DNA from: Heterodontus francisci
Taxonomy: Eukaryota
Length of the DNA stretch: 46,406 nt
Reading direction: 5' to 3'
Assembly: GCF_036365525.1 (NCBI RefSeq)
Contig: NC_090416.1
Location: forward strand, 16,774,945-16,821,350
A program made the translations under genes and the position numbers. How positions within the stretch are numbered: position 1 is the stretch's first letter; every line of letters begins with the position of its first letter. The notes under the pieces were generated by a model, which saw only the letters and a program-made list of their open reading frames with translations, did no database searches and was not told where the DNA came from. Of the stretch, positions 1-12,029 are shown piece by piece.

Positions 1-3000
1 GGCACTAATATCCTGGCTGCAAAGTTTGCTAGCGTCACTCGGGAGGGTTTAAACTAGTGTGGCAGGGGGGTGGGAACCAGAACAGTGGGACAGCTAGAAA
101 AATAAATGAGGAGGACATAGTAAATAAGGCCAGTAAGACTAAGAGGAAGAGCAGGCAGGAAGATGTTGCTGAGCACAGCAGGACTGGTGCTCTGAAGTGC
201 ATTTCTTTCAATGCGAGAAGTATAGCAGGTAAGGCAGATGAACTTAGAGCTTGGATTAGTACTTGGAAATATGATGTTGTTGCTATTACAGAGACTTGGT
301 TGAGGGAAGGGCAGGATTGGCAGCTAAATGTTCCAGGCTTTAGAAGCTTCAGGCGGGATAGAGGGGGATGTAAAAGGGATGGGGGAGTTGCATAACTGGT
401 TAAGGAGAATATCGCAGCTGTACTGCGGGAGGACACCTCAGAGGGGTCATGCAGCGAGGCAATATGGGTGGAGCTCAGGAATAGGAAGGGTGCAGTCACG
501 ATGTTGGGGGTTTACTACAGGCCTCCCAACAGCCAGCGGGAGGTAGAGGAGCAGATATGTAGACAGATTTTGGAAAGATGTAAAGGTAACAGGGTTGTGG
601 TGGTGGGTGATTTTAACTTCCCCTATATTGACTGGGACTCACTTAGTGCTAGGGGTTTGGATGGGGCATAATTTGTGAGGAGCATCCAGGAGGGCTTCTT
701 GAAGCAGTATGTAGATAGTCCAACTAGGGATAGGGCCATTCTGGACCTGGTATTGGGGAATGAGCCCGGCCAGGTGGTCGAAGTTTCAGTGGGGGAACAT
801 TTCGGGAGCAGTGACCATTATTCCATAAGTTTTAAGGTACTTGTGGATAAGGATAAGAGTAGTCCTCGGGTGAAGGTGCGAAATTGGAGGAAGGCTAATT
901 ATAACAATATTAGGCAGGAACTGAAGAATTTAGATTGGGGGCGGCTGTTTGAGAGTAAATCAACATCTGACATGTGGGGGAGTCTTTCAAACGTCAGCTG
1001 ATTAGAATCCAGGACCAGCATGTTCCTGTGAGCAAGAAAGACAAGTTTGGCATGTTTCGGGAAATTTGGAGAACACTGGATATTGTGAGCCTAGTCAAAA
1101 AGAAACAGGAAGCATTTGTAAGGGCTGGAAGGCTAGGAACAGACGAAGCACTTGAGGAATATAAAGACAGTGGGAAGGAACTTAAGCAAGTAGTTAGGAG
1201 GGCTAAAAGGAGTCATAAAAAGTCATTGGCAAACAGGATTAAGGAGAATCCCAAGGCTTTTTATACATATATAAAGAGCAAGAGGGTAACCAGGGAAAGG
1301 GTTGGCCCACTCAAGGATAGAGATGGGAATCTATGTGTGGAGCCAAAGGAAATGGGCGAGGTGCTAAATGAGTACTTTGCATCAGTATTCACCAAAGAGA
1401 AGGACTTGGTGGATGATGAGCCTAGGGAAGGGAGTGCAGATAGTCTCAGTCATGTCATTATTAAAAAGGAGGAGGTGTTGGGTGTCTTGCACAGCATTAA
1501 GGTAGATAAGTCCCCAGGGCCTGATGGGATCTACCCTAGAATACTGAGGGAGGCAAGGGAAGAAATTGCTGGGGCTTGACAGAAATCTTTGCATCATCAT
1601 TGGCTACAGGTGAGGCCCAAGAGGACTGGAGAAAAGCCAATGTTGTTCCTTTGTTTAAGAAGGGTGGCAAGGATAATCCAGGAAATTATAGGCCGGTGAG
1701 CCTTACGTCAGTGGTAGGTAAATTATTAGAGAGGATTCTTCGGGACAGAATTTACTCCCATTTGGAAACAAACGAACTTATTAGCGAGAGACAGCATGGT
1801 TTTGTGCAGGGGATGTCATGTCTTACTAATTTGATTGAGTTTTTTGAGGAAGTGACGAAGATGATTGATGAAGGAAGGGCAGTGGATGTTGTCTATATGG
1901 ACTTTATTAAAGCCTTTGAGAAGGTCCCGCATGGCAGACTGGTACAAAAGATAAAGTCACACGGGATCAGAGGTGAGCTGGCAAGATGGATACAGAACTG
2001 GCTCGGTCATAGAAGACAGAGGGTATCAGTGGATGGGTGTTTTTCTGAATGGAGGGATGTGACTAGTGGTGTTCCGCAGGGATGAGTGCTGGGACCTTTG
2101 CTGTTTGTAGTATTATAAATGATTTGGAGGAAAGTGTAGCTGGTCTGATTAGTAAGTTTGCGGACGACACAAAGGTTGGTGGAGTTGCGGAGAGTGATGA
2201 GGATTGTCAGAGGATACAGCAGGATATAGATCGGTTGGAGACTTGGGTGGAGAAATGGCAGACGGAGTTTAATCCGGACAAATGTGAGGTAATGCGTTTT
2301 GGAAGGACTAATGCAGGTGGGAGGTATACAGTAAATGGCAGAACCCTTAGGAGTATTGACAGACAGAGAAATCTGGGCGTACAGGTCCACAGGTCACTGA
2401 AAGTGGCAACGCAGGTGGATAAGGTAGTCAAGAAGGCATACGGCATGCTTGCCATCATTGGTCGGGGCATAGAGTATAAAAATTGGCAAGTCATGTTGCA
2501 GCTGTACAGAACCTTAGTTAGGCCACACTTAGAATATTGCGTGCAATTCTGGTCGCCACACTACCAGAAGGACGTGGAGGCTTTGGAGAGGGTACAAAGG
2601 AGGTTTACGGATGCTGCCTGGTCTGGAGGGCATTAACTATGAGGAGAGGTTGGAAAAAGTCGGTTTGTTTTCACTGGAACGACGGAGGTGGAGGGGCGAC
2701 ATGATCGAGGTTTACAAAGTTATAAGCGGCATGGACAGAGTGGATAGTCAGAAGCTTTTTCCCAGAGTGGAAGAGTCAGTTACTAGGGGACATCGGTTTA
2801 AGGTGAGAGGGGCAAAGTTTAGAGGGGATGTGCGAGGCACGTTTTTTACACAGAGGGTGGTGAGTGCCTGGAACTTGCTGCCAGGGGAGGTGGTGGAAGC
2901 AGATACGATAGCGACGTTTAAGAGACATCTTGACAAATACTTGAATAGGAAGGGAATAGAGGGATATGGGCCCCGGAAGTGCAGAAGTTGTTAGTTTAGG

Positions 3001-3085
3001 CAGGCATCAAGATCGGTGCAGGCTTGGAGGGCCGAATGGCCTGTTCCTGTGTGGTACTGTTCTTTGTTCTTGTTCTTTGTTCTCT
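1..3085 (+). mobile_element. CR1-clade LINE copy A (5' part outside window), disrupted ORF2 (APE endonuclease + RT)
   Basis: Fragments [60 protein letters not shown]; stops at 393-395, 669-671, 2083-2085 plus frameshifts; 3' tail GGCCGAATGGCCTGTTCCTG followed by TGTTCT repeats. Confidence 0.95.
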
Positions 3086-3297
3086 CTATCNNNNNNNNNN
3101 NNNNNNNNNNNNNNNNNNNNNNNNNNNNNNNNNNNNNNNNNNNNNNNNNNNNNNNNNNNNNNNNNNNNNNNNNNNNNNNNNNNNNNNNNNNNNNNNNNNN
3201 NNNNNNNNNNNNNNNNNNNNNNNCTTGCTCTATCTATTTGTCTGTCTGTCCATCTCTATCTATCTGTCTGTCCATCTCTGTCTGTCTGTCTGTCTAT
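3086..3297. repeat. (TCTA/TCTG)n microsatellite, partly N
   Basis: Visible tetranucleotide repeats; unmasked paralogues at ~19501-19711 and ~35114-35326. Confidence 0.9.
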
Positions 3298-3350
3298 CCC
3301 TCAGTACTGACCCTTTGACAGTGCGGCACTCCCTCAGTACTGACCCTTTG

Positions 3351-4580
3351 GGAACTGAATATTCCAGGGTATTTGACAGTTTGGAATGACAGGAAGCAAG
3401 GAAAAGGAGGTGGTGTAGTTCAGTTAATAAAGGATGAGATCAGTACAGTGGTGAGAAATGATCTTGGATCAGAAAATCAAGATGTGGAATCAGTTTGGGT
3501 GGAGATATGAAATAGCAAAAATTCATACAGTAGCTGCACTGTGGGACAGAGTATAAATCAAGAAATAAGGGGGGGGGGGCTTGTAAGGAAAATACTGCAG
3601 TAATCCTGGGTGATTTTAATCTTCATATAAATTGGAGTAATCAAACTGGTAAAGTTAGATAGATGATGAGTTCATGGAGTGTACTCAGGACAGTTTCTTA
3701 GAACAATACATTCTGGAACCAACACGGGAGCAGGATATTTTAGACCTGGTAATGTGTAAGGATACGGAATTAATTAATGACCTCTTAGTAAAGGAAGAAT
3801 AGAAAAGTAGAATATTATTTACATGGAGAGAGACTGCAGAATGCTGCAGTACAGAGGGATCTGGGTGTCCTTGTACATGAATCACAAAATGTTAACATGC
3901 AGGTTCAGCAAGTAATTAGGAAGGCAAATGGAATGTTGGTATTTATTGCAATGGGAATGGAGTATAAAAGTAGGGACATCTTGCTACAACTGTACCGGGT
4001 ATTGGTGAGACCGCACCTAGAATACTGCATACAGTTTTGGTCTCCTTATTTAAGGAGGGATATACTTGCATTGGAAGCAGTTCAGAGAAGGTTCACTTGG
4101 CTGATTCCTGGGATGAAGGGATTGTCTTATAAGGAAAGGTTGAGCAGTTTGGGCCTGTACTCATTGGAGTTTAGAAGAATGAGAGGTGATCTTATTGAAA
4201 CGTATAAAGTCCTGAAGGGGCTTAATTGGGTGGATGGTGAGAGGATGTTTCCCCTCGTGGGAGAATCTAGAACTAGGGGGAACAGTTACAGAATACGGGG
4301 TCTCCCATTTAAGACGGAGATGAGGAGGAATTTCTTCTCTGAGGGTCATTAATCTTTGGAATTCTCTTCCCCAGGGAGCAGTGGAGGCTGGGTCATTGAA
4401 TATATTCAAGGCTGAGTTGGAGAGTTTTTTGATCTACAAGGGAGTTGAGGGTTATGGTGGGGGGCAGACAGGAAAGTGGAGATAAGGTCACAATCAGATC
4501 ATCCATGATCTTATCGAATGGCAGAACAGTCTCGAGGGGCCGAATGGCCTTCTCCTGTTCTTATTTCTTATGCTCTTATG
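3351..4580 (+). mobile_element. Older, internally deleted CR1 fragment (endonuclease remnant joined to ORF2 C-terminus and 3' tail)
   Basis: GDFN-like endonuclease remnant ~3600; ORF 3897-4352 [20 protein letters not shown]...RRMRGDLIE; tail GGCCGAATGGCCTTCTCCTG...TCTTATG. Confidence 0.85.
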
Positions 4581-5877
4581 TTGAAGATATCGTACCTGCT
4601 GTATTCAATACCTGTCCAGGTCTTTAAAGCCCAAAGTGGCCGTAACTGTTCCTATCTGTGCAGAGAGCCCTTGGCAGTAATATAATATAATGAAAATGGC
4701 CTGGCTGAAACTCCCCGGGTCTGGATATCTCAGTACAGATTGGGGAAGGGGTGGTCGGAGTGCTGGAATCTGGGCCTTCCCAGCAAGTGTCCTGTAAGGG
4801 AACTGAATGACCTCAACGAAGGAACGAGTTCACAGAGGGAGATGAGGCTGATGTGATTGTCGTGTGTGCGAACAAGAGGAGGCCATTCAGCCCTTCGAGA
4901 CTGCTGTGCCATTCCATTAGATCATAGCTGGTCTGTACCTTAACCCCATATACCCTGCCTTAGCTCCATAGTCCTTGCTGCCCTGACCCAATAAAAATCT
5001 ATCAACCACAATCTTTATAACTCCAATTTTTAATGAAGTGCATTTCTATAGCGTCTTTCACAACCTCAGGATGTTCCCAAAGTGCTTCGCAGCCAATGAA
5101 ATACCTTGAAAAGCAATGTTGGGAAATGAAGACTGGGATGTAGAGCAGGAGTTCAGTTCAGTTCTCCTGAGGGGCCCAGTCCAGATAATGGGTTGTTTTG
5201 TTGTAAATGTGTGACGTGTCCAAGAATGTAACCGTTTAACGGTGTTTCTGAGATTTCCGTCCTGTTTCTGTGTGTTTCAGAGCAGGGGAACTGGGCCCAG
5301 ATGCTGCTGCTCTCTGCTGCTTATCAGACAGTGAACAGGGAGGTTTCGGTTCCTCCCCGGGGCTCCTCTCCCACCCCCTGCAGCGAGTGACCACACCACC
5401 TGCACCACATCACAAACAAGACAAAAACAGCATCGATTTGGGTATCAGGATCTAAAATAAGGCTTTCAGAACACCGCCCAGATCCCCTGTGGTTGATGAC
5501 GAGGGCCTGATCTGAGCTGCATTCAGTGCCATTCTCAGACCCAGTCTGGAACCTGGCTGTTCGGCCATGTGAATCATCAACATTGTGGATTTAACTGGAC
5601 TGATAAACGTTTGATGGCCTTTAAGATACTCCTCAAAACCTAGCTCTTTAACCGAGCTTTTGGTCACCTGCTCTAATATCTCCGAATGTGGCTCAGCATT
5701 AAACTTTGTTTGCTGACGCCCCTTGCGACGTTTTATTACATTAAAGGCGCCATATAAATGCAGATTGGTGGTTGTTTGCAGATGACAATTCGTTGAAGAC
5801 CTTAATAACTAACCGACTGCAGGCCATGAAGTACATCAACTAAAGCCACAATTAAAACTCAAGGCTTCTGATGTAAG

Positions 5878-6195
5878 TACAGTACTGAAGGAATACCGCA
5901 CTGCCGGAGGGGCTATCTGTCACTTGCAATCTGCCCTCTGTTAAAGATACTGCAACCCCTATTTAGAAAAAGAGTTGGGGAGTTCTCCCCCATCCCCGTG
6001 TCTTGGCTGATATTTATCCTTCAATCAATATCACAAAAAAAATCACCTGGGTCATTATCTCATTGTTATGTGTGTGGGATCATGCTGTGCGCAAATTGGC
6101 TGCTGTGTTTCCTACATTACAACAGTTGACTAGACTTCAAAAAAAAAACTTGGTTGGCTGTAAAGCGCTGTGGGACATTCTGAAGCTGTGAAAGG
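5878..6195 (+). mobile_element. Degenerate DeuSINE (SacSINE1-like) fragment
   Basis: CAGTACTGA..GGA, GGGGAGTTCTCCCC, GTCATTATC.CATTG, CTTCAAAA..TTGGCTGTAAAGCGCT; homologous to 14280-14530; paralogues ~22290-22600 and ~37903-38215. Family name from recall. Confidence 0.6.
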
Positions 6196-6479
6196 AGGCT
6201 CACTATCACCTTCTCAGGGGGACAACTAGTGATGGACAATAAATGGCTGGTCTTACCAGAGATGCCCACATCTCGAGAATGAAGAAGTGCAGGTTCTGTC
6301 TCTCTGGACGCTGTGATGTCCCCTTGTAAAACATACTGAAACTAAATAGTTCTAAAAACATCTGCATAAATACAGCATCCTCAGACTCGAGATGAGGATT
6401 AAACCTGCATTTAATACCTCTTTAAGTGCGTGGCCCCTTTAAGGTGTGCTGAGGGACTGGGCTTTTCCAGCACTCTCTG

Positions 6480-7165
6480 TTCATTTACTCTTTGAGGTGA
6501 TGCAACCGATACCCTCTCCACAGCCGGAGGCTCAGTTAACAGCCCTTCCCTCTTATGGCCCCTAGTTCTGCTCTCACCCGCAAGTGGAAACGTCTAGCCT
6601 TATCGAGTCCTTTCATAACCTTAAAGGGCTCCATCAGGTCCTACCCTCCCCCCCTCTCAGTCTTCTCTTTTCAACCTATCCTGGTAGCCTATCTCAGTAC
6701 TGGTACCATCCCAGCACATCTTTTCTTGCACCTTCTCCAGTGTCATTTTATAACATGGAGACGGGAACAGTGCACAGTAATTCCAAGTGTGGTCTAACTG
6801 AGGTTCCCTACAAGTTTGACTTAATGTATCTGCTTCTCAATTCTATCCCTCGAGAAATTAACCCCGGTGTTTGGATTGCTTTTTATATGGCCTTATTCAG
6901 CAGCATTGCTGCAGTTACTCTATAACCCTCGATCCACAACCCTATTTAGACTCTTTCTTCCCCACCTCCCCCTCCCTCCAGGACTAGGTGACCTCATTCA
7001 TCCTCCCAAAAAGTAGCACCTCACACTTATCCATACTGACCTTCATTTGCCAATTACACACCCATTCTGCATGTCACTTCATGTCCTGTCATTTGTGATG
7101 GACCTAATATTAACTGCAGCCTCCCCCAATTTGGAGTCATCAGCAAACTCTCAAATTGTACCTGG
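6480..7165 (-). mobile_element. Degenerate CR1 RT fragment, antisense (approximate ends)
   Basis: Minus strand ~7125-7150 reads EFADDSKLG; ~6780-6800 reads VRPHLE; paralogues in units 2 and 3. Confidence 0.6.
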
Positions 7166-7309
7166 TGCTAGTCTGTCCCGTGCCATCCCATCTCTCGGAC
7201 CAGGATAGTGAGCAGTTCTCCCTGGGAGGGACGGTATTTTATTCCAAACAGATGCTTTTCCTGTAAATCACATACAATGATGGTCTAGTATGGGAGAAAC
7301 TACACTTTA

Positions 7310-7830
7310 GGATGGGAGGGTTGTTGAGAGTGTGCAGAGGAGGTTGACCGGAATGGTTCCAGGGATGGGGGACTTCTCGTTACAAGGTCAGCCTGGAGAA
7401 GCTGGGATTGTTTTCCTTGGAGCGAAGGAGATTGCAGGGAGATTTAATAGAGGTGGACAAGATGATGACAGATCTGGATAGAGTAGACAAGGAAAAACAG
7501 TTCCCATTAACTGATGGTACAAGGGCTAGGGGACACAGATTGAAAGTTTTGGGCAAGAGATACAGGGTGGGGGGGGGTGGCGGCGGGGGGGATGTGAGGA
7601 AGAATTTATTTATTTTTAAATGCAGTGAGTGGCAATGACCTGGAACTCACTGCCTACCAGAGTGGTGGAAGCGGGAGACAATGATTTCAGTAAGAAACTG
7701 GGGTGGGGGGGGGGGGGGGGGGGGGACACTTAAATTCGCAGGGGGCCCCGGGGGGATTGGGACATACTGGATTGCACCACGGGGAGCTGTCATGGATCCG
7801 AGGGGCCGAATAGCCTCCTTCTGTGCCAGA
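7310..7830 (+). mobile_element. CR1 3' fragment
   Basis: LEKLGLFSLERRRLQGDLIEV...RGHRLKV and GGCCGAATAGCCTCCTTCTGTG tail; paralogues ~23720-24210 and ~39335-39825. Confidence 0.8.
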
Positions 7831-8022
7831 AATGAAATCGAATTCGTTTAAAATAGTTAACTCTGCTTGAATATTTTTTTATTAAATCTGCCCAAACGAA
7901 AAATCCTCAAATCGCCAATATTCGTACAGTTAACCACTGACTTGCACCAATATCCACCTCAACCCACCCCCACCCCCCCTCCACAGAAAAAAAATAACAC
8001 AGCAATTTGAATTCATGTCATC

Positions 8023-8028
8023 TTTATT
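8023..8028 (-). terminator. Polyadenylation signal AATAAA, cluster 1
   Basis: AATAAA ~330 nt after the C stop, followed by a GT/T-rich tract; second AATAAA at 7878-7883. Confidence 0.75.
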
Positions 8029-8357
8029 AAAACAGCCACACACACAGAGATACACTTTTCAATTCTAACAAATGGTACTACTGAGAGAAAGGAGAGAGGG
8101 AGCAGAACCCATCCAGCTCCAAATGGGAATGTACTCCCGGGATAGGTGGTCCTGATATTCACTGTCACCCACCTGCGCCCCCCAGTTAAAATTGGATCCA
8201 AAATTGGATCGTTAAACTGCGATTGAAGTGACTGTTTCAACATCGTTGGCCACATTTGCTACAGTGATTACATTGTAAAACAACAACAACAACATTCCAC
8301 ATATTGAATAATATTTCATCAGCAATAAATCAAACTCTAAACCCCAGTTGCCCCCTC

Positions 8358-8686
8358 TCAGTCGGAACAAGCGGTGGAGCTGATGGTTTTGAGGAGAGGT
8401 GAGCTCAGAGAGCCGTGGTCCACACTGCAGGTATAGCTGGAGCCCTTATTCCAGGCAGTGGCGGGGACTCTCAGGTAACTGCTCAGGCTGTAGCTTTGAT
8501 CACTGTCCGTGGACACGGTGCCTGTGGTCACCCCGCTGTCTGTCTCTTTATCATCCACTCTCCAGAGAACCCGCACGAAACCCGGCTTAAAGCGGCTCAC
8601 CAGGCAGGACAGAGTAGCCCATCCCGAGTCTATTTCTTCCGAGGAAGGAGGGAGCAGGAGAACTGATGGTTTCCGATCCTCACTAC
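8358..8686 (-). CDS. Ig light-chain constant exon, cluster 1 (type I/sigma-cart-like)
   Basis: C1-set domain SEDRKPSVLLLPPSSEE...ATLSCLVSRF...W...YSLSSYL...YTCSVDH...ACSD*; acceptor CACACAG| at 8688-8687, phase 1 matching the J donor. Confidence 0.96.
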
Positions 8687-9689
8687 CTGTGTGTGTGAGA
8701 GACAGGGTGGAAGAAAGGAATCTCACTGTTAGTATCAATCATTTTTTCTAAAAGGCACATCCAGAATTAGTAACACATACTATAATTTAAAACAAACATT
8801 TAACTTGACTTCAGACTTAGGTAGAGACAGTAAATAATATAACAGCCTGAGTGTTTCCAGCACTCGATTTCAGATTTCCAGCATCTGCAGGATTTTGCTT
8901 TGATTGGATTAAAATTAAATATTTAGTCCAATCTTAACTCCCTGTCAATTGAGAGCTGGACTTGTACATGGATTCGAGACATTCAGATAAATTAATTAAC
9001 TGAATATTAAATACAACAGACAATATCGAATTGTTTAAAATTCAGGGGCAGATTAAAATCAAAAGTTTAAAAATTGAGGAAGTTTCACATTTCGGATAGG
9101 CTGTACTGGAGGTCTTATGGAGGTGCTCGGAGTATGTATTGGGAGTAACTCAACCTCCCAGATCCACACTCAGAGTTCGGTGATCACCTCACTAGGAAAA
9201 ATTATTTATTTATAAAAAAAAGTTTTAAAAGTAATAAAGTTCGGGGCGGTTTCCATTTAGAAAGTAGGTTAGACACTTCACATGAAGGAACGACAGTCGG
9301 AAGGAGGGGTTTGGGAAGGGAGACGGGGACTGGGGGGTAGAGGGACCGGGTGCGTGAGGAACAGACAAGATGGGGGGAGGGGGCGCAGAATGAGGCCATT
9401 CGCTCCATCGAGTCCCTGCCGCAGCCGAACCCCACTTCCCAACTTTGGGAGTCTTTTTTTGAGGTGGGGGAGGGGGTGCTAGTGTCAAACTCGACCCCCT
9501 TTGAGTGTGAGTAAAATTCCTGTTTGTAAATCTTCCAGCAACACCCGGGGCAGGCTCGCTATTTATACAACAGTGCAGCGAATAGACGGAGAAGTCCACA
9601 CCTGCACACTGCAGACCTGGCCGAACAGACTCGAGGGGCTGAATGGCCTTTCTCCCCTGTTCATTCTGCATTTTTTTTTGCCAATGGAG

Positions 9690-9842
9690 TTTTTCCTCGG
9701 TTCTGAGGAAAGGTCAGAGACCCGAAACTGTTCACCGTTTCTCCCTCTCTCTCCGCAGAGGCTGCCCAGACCTGCTGAGTATTTCCAGCATCTTCTGTTT
9801 TTTTTATTTCAGATTTCCAGCATCCGCAATTGTTTTGCTGCT
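9690..9842 (+). mobile_element. Penelope-like terminal repeat fragment in the J-C intron with degenerate minimal hammerhead core
   Basis: CTGAGGA-AAGGTC-AGA-GACCC-GAAAC followed by AGACCTGCTGAGTATTTCCAGCA...TTTCAGATTTCCAGCATC; shorter copy at ~8845-8901; paralogues start at ~26055 and ~41675. Confidence 0.6.
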
Positions 9843-10021
9843 ATTTTAGTGTTTATTTTTCTACCCTCCAGAATCCAAATTCCCAGCACTGAATCAGTGG
9901 ACAGAAAAATAAAAATCTGACCCAATTTGTTTTCACCGTTATCAGGGCAGATCCGATTCTGCAACAATAAATGAATAAATAATTGAAACAATATGAATGA
10001 TAGGATGAGGGAATTACTTAC

Positions 10022-10058
10022 TCCGTAAACTCAGGGCGGTCCCAGGTCCGAAGGTAAA
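10022..10058 (-). CDS. Ig light-chain J segment, cluster 1 (FTFGPGTALSLR)
   Basis: FGxG motif; donor A|GTAAGT at 10021; abuts the heptamer. Confidence 0.96.
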
Positions 10059-10097
10059 CACAGTGCAGTGTTTTAATGGGACGGGTCACCTAAAACC
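10059..10097 (+). other. J recombination signal, 23-bp spacer
   Basis: CACAGTG + 23 nt + CCTAAAACC (7/9 match to ACAAAAACC). Confidence 0.92.
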
Positions 10098-10411
10098 CAG
10101 GCTGGGAAGAAAGAGGGGAAATATTAATAATCTGTCCTTTATCACATTCCCTTTCACATTCTGCCTTTCACAGGGGCCGGAATGCTGAGAGGCTGGAGAA
10201 AGATTTTCACATATCAGTGAGGAAACCTTGAGAATATCAGTGTTTACCTACCCAGCTAATAGCCCAAATATTGGGGAAAATCCAAATAAACCCATGGAAT
10301 TCCAGTGAGATTTTCCACAAGATACATAAGGAATATTTCTGAAGCTCATCCCACAGTCTCAGGCAGGAATATTTCAGTAGCTGTTGGAATTCTGAGTGGT
10401 TCTGTTGATAC

Positions 10412-10439
10412 AGTTTTTGTATTGCCCTGTCTCACTGTG
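10412..10439 (-). other. V recombination signal, 12-bp spacer
   Basis: CACAGTG + AGACAGGGCAAT + ACAAAAACT. Confidence 0.96.
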
Positions 10440-10767
10440 TATGTAGCTGCTGAGCCATCCCCGGCAGCACAGTAATAGACGGCGGAGTCTCCCGGTTCCA
10501 AGCTGCCGATGGTCAGAATGTGACTGTTACTGGAGGTGTCTCTGGAAGGTTTAAAACGGTCCGTGAAGCCGGTGCCTCGATAGATGCTACCATCTTTATA
10601 GTGCACTAACACCCCCACCGGAGCCTCCCCGGGTCTCTGTCGGTACCAGTACATGTAGTAACTGCCCACATTGCCGTTCTGCATCGCACACTTTAACTCG
10701 GAGGTCTCACCGGCGGAGACTGGGTCTGAAATTGGGGTCTGATTGAGGACAGGAACCGCCAGGACAC
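10440..10767 (-). CDS. Ig light-chain V exon, cluster 1 (germline, unrearranged)
   Basis: GVLA-VPVLNQTP...LKCAM...WYRQRPG...DRF...LEPGDSAVYYCAAGDGSAAT; acceptor TTGAAG| at 10769-10768. Confidence 0.96.
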
Positions 10768-10932
10768 CTTCAACACAAAACACAAGAGAGAGAAAAAAAA
10801 CACATTCAGTTTATTGGAGCAAAAAAACACACTGATAAATAAACAGGCCGGGCTACCAAATCCCTTTGCTTCCTAATCTAATGGTTTACAAATGAATAAT
10901 TGAGTAACGTTCTGTTAACATAAGTCTCTCAC

Positions 10933-10981
10933 CTGTTAAATGGAGTAGCAGGGTCCCCAGGAGATACATTACTGCAGCCAT
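10933..10981 (-). CDS. Leader exon, cluster 1 (MAAVMYLLGTLLLHLT-G)
   Basis: ATG at 10981, 49 nt, hydrophobic peptide, donor G|GTGAGA, 165-bp intron in phase with V. Confidence 0.9.
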
Positions 10982-11088
10982 TCCCTCCGGGGGGGAAAAA
11001 AACCCGTGAAGAATTAGAGAGCAGGGTTTTACTGTAACTCCAGAAAGTGGATCCAGTTACAGTGCCGGACAAGGTGAGACCAGTATCT

Positions 11089-11111
11089 ATTATATGAACC
11101 TGTATGCAAAT
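11089..11111 (-). promoter_or_regulatory. Ig V promoter: octamer ATTTGCAT and TATA-like TATAAT, cluster 1
   Basis: Octamer 11111-11104 in light-chain orientation, TATAAT 11094-11089, CCAAT at 11212-11208, poly-G tract ~11134-11175. Confidence 0.88.
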
Positions 11112-12029
11112 ACAGGGAGGGTTGAGAGGAGCAGGGGCGGCGGGGGGGGGGGGGGGGGGCGGGGGGGGGGGGGGTGGACCAGACCAGATTTTTTTTATTG
11201 AGCCTCTATTGGTCCCCAATTAAACATTTCCATGTATTTATTTCCACCGAGTTGAGGGTTAATTCACAATAATTTCTGATTTTAACCCCCCCTTCTCATG
11301 TCATGAGTGTGAGATTTAAAAGAACAACTGTAGAAATTGCACATTTTATCCCAGATGGTCAAAGACAAAAGCCCTTCAGAATCCAGTGCCTTGAATTCAT
11401 CCAGAACAAGTTTAACCCAGCGATAGTTAAGGATTTGTTTTTTTTTATATTTGGGTCTGCAATGTGTACTTAAACACATATCTTTATATCCAACACGCTG
11501 GTGTTTGAAACAAAGCAGTTCATTGGAAGGATTGGAATGGAAGAGATTGACTGGACTGCTTCTCTGAGCTGCTCTTTTTTCCTATCCGCCACTGTACAAG
11601 TGCACTGCTTGTCCTGGCGTTTGAGCCGAGTGTCGGGTCAAAACACTCGTTTCTCACTCAGGCCGACGTTCAGAAACAGCCAGAATCAACTCCAATATCC
11701 GTTTTAATTGGTAATGCAACGAGGAGTGAGATTCTGACCGGGCAAGCTGACTGCTCGGCTAGTTTCTGTGTTGTGTCCGGATCCTGTGTTAAGTCCAGTT
11801 TCAATGAAATGTGTTTTCCTGCTGCAACAGTTCCTGCCCTGACTTTTTTTTGTTGCAACTAAACCACATGTATCGGAACCTCAGTCCCAGGAATACATTT
11901 GTTTTAACATTCCATTTCAGATGTTTTATGTCAATCACTCGATGCCAAGGGAAAACTTGCAACAAGTTGCTCGTGAGAGGAGTTAGTTTCTTTAAAATGA
12001 ATATTTTCTATCTTTTTATTTAAAATTCA

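Noticed and set aside
3091-3223. N runs as assembly gaps or hidden genes
   Set aside because: The span matches the length of the unmasked microsatellite in paralogous units, so it is most likely masked low-complexity sequence; ORFs crossing Ns are artefacts.
6584-6925. 113-aa ORF conserved in all three units
   Set aside because: Lies antisense to a decayed CR1 fragment; conservation reflects recent duplication.
10468-10474. Cryptic TACTGTG heptamer in V FR3 (V-replacement signal)
   Set aside because: A by-product of the Tyr-Cys codons, with no nonamer, and absent in V2.
10022-10767. Germline-joined VJ gene
   Set aside because: All three clusters retain both RSSs and the 381-bp interval.
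10929-11219. Proline-rich ORF upstream of V
   Set aside because: Poly-Pro comes from the promoter G tract; the true leader is in another frame.
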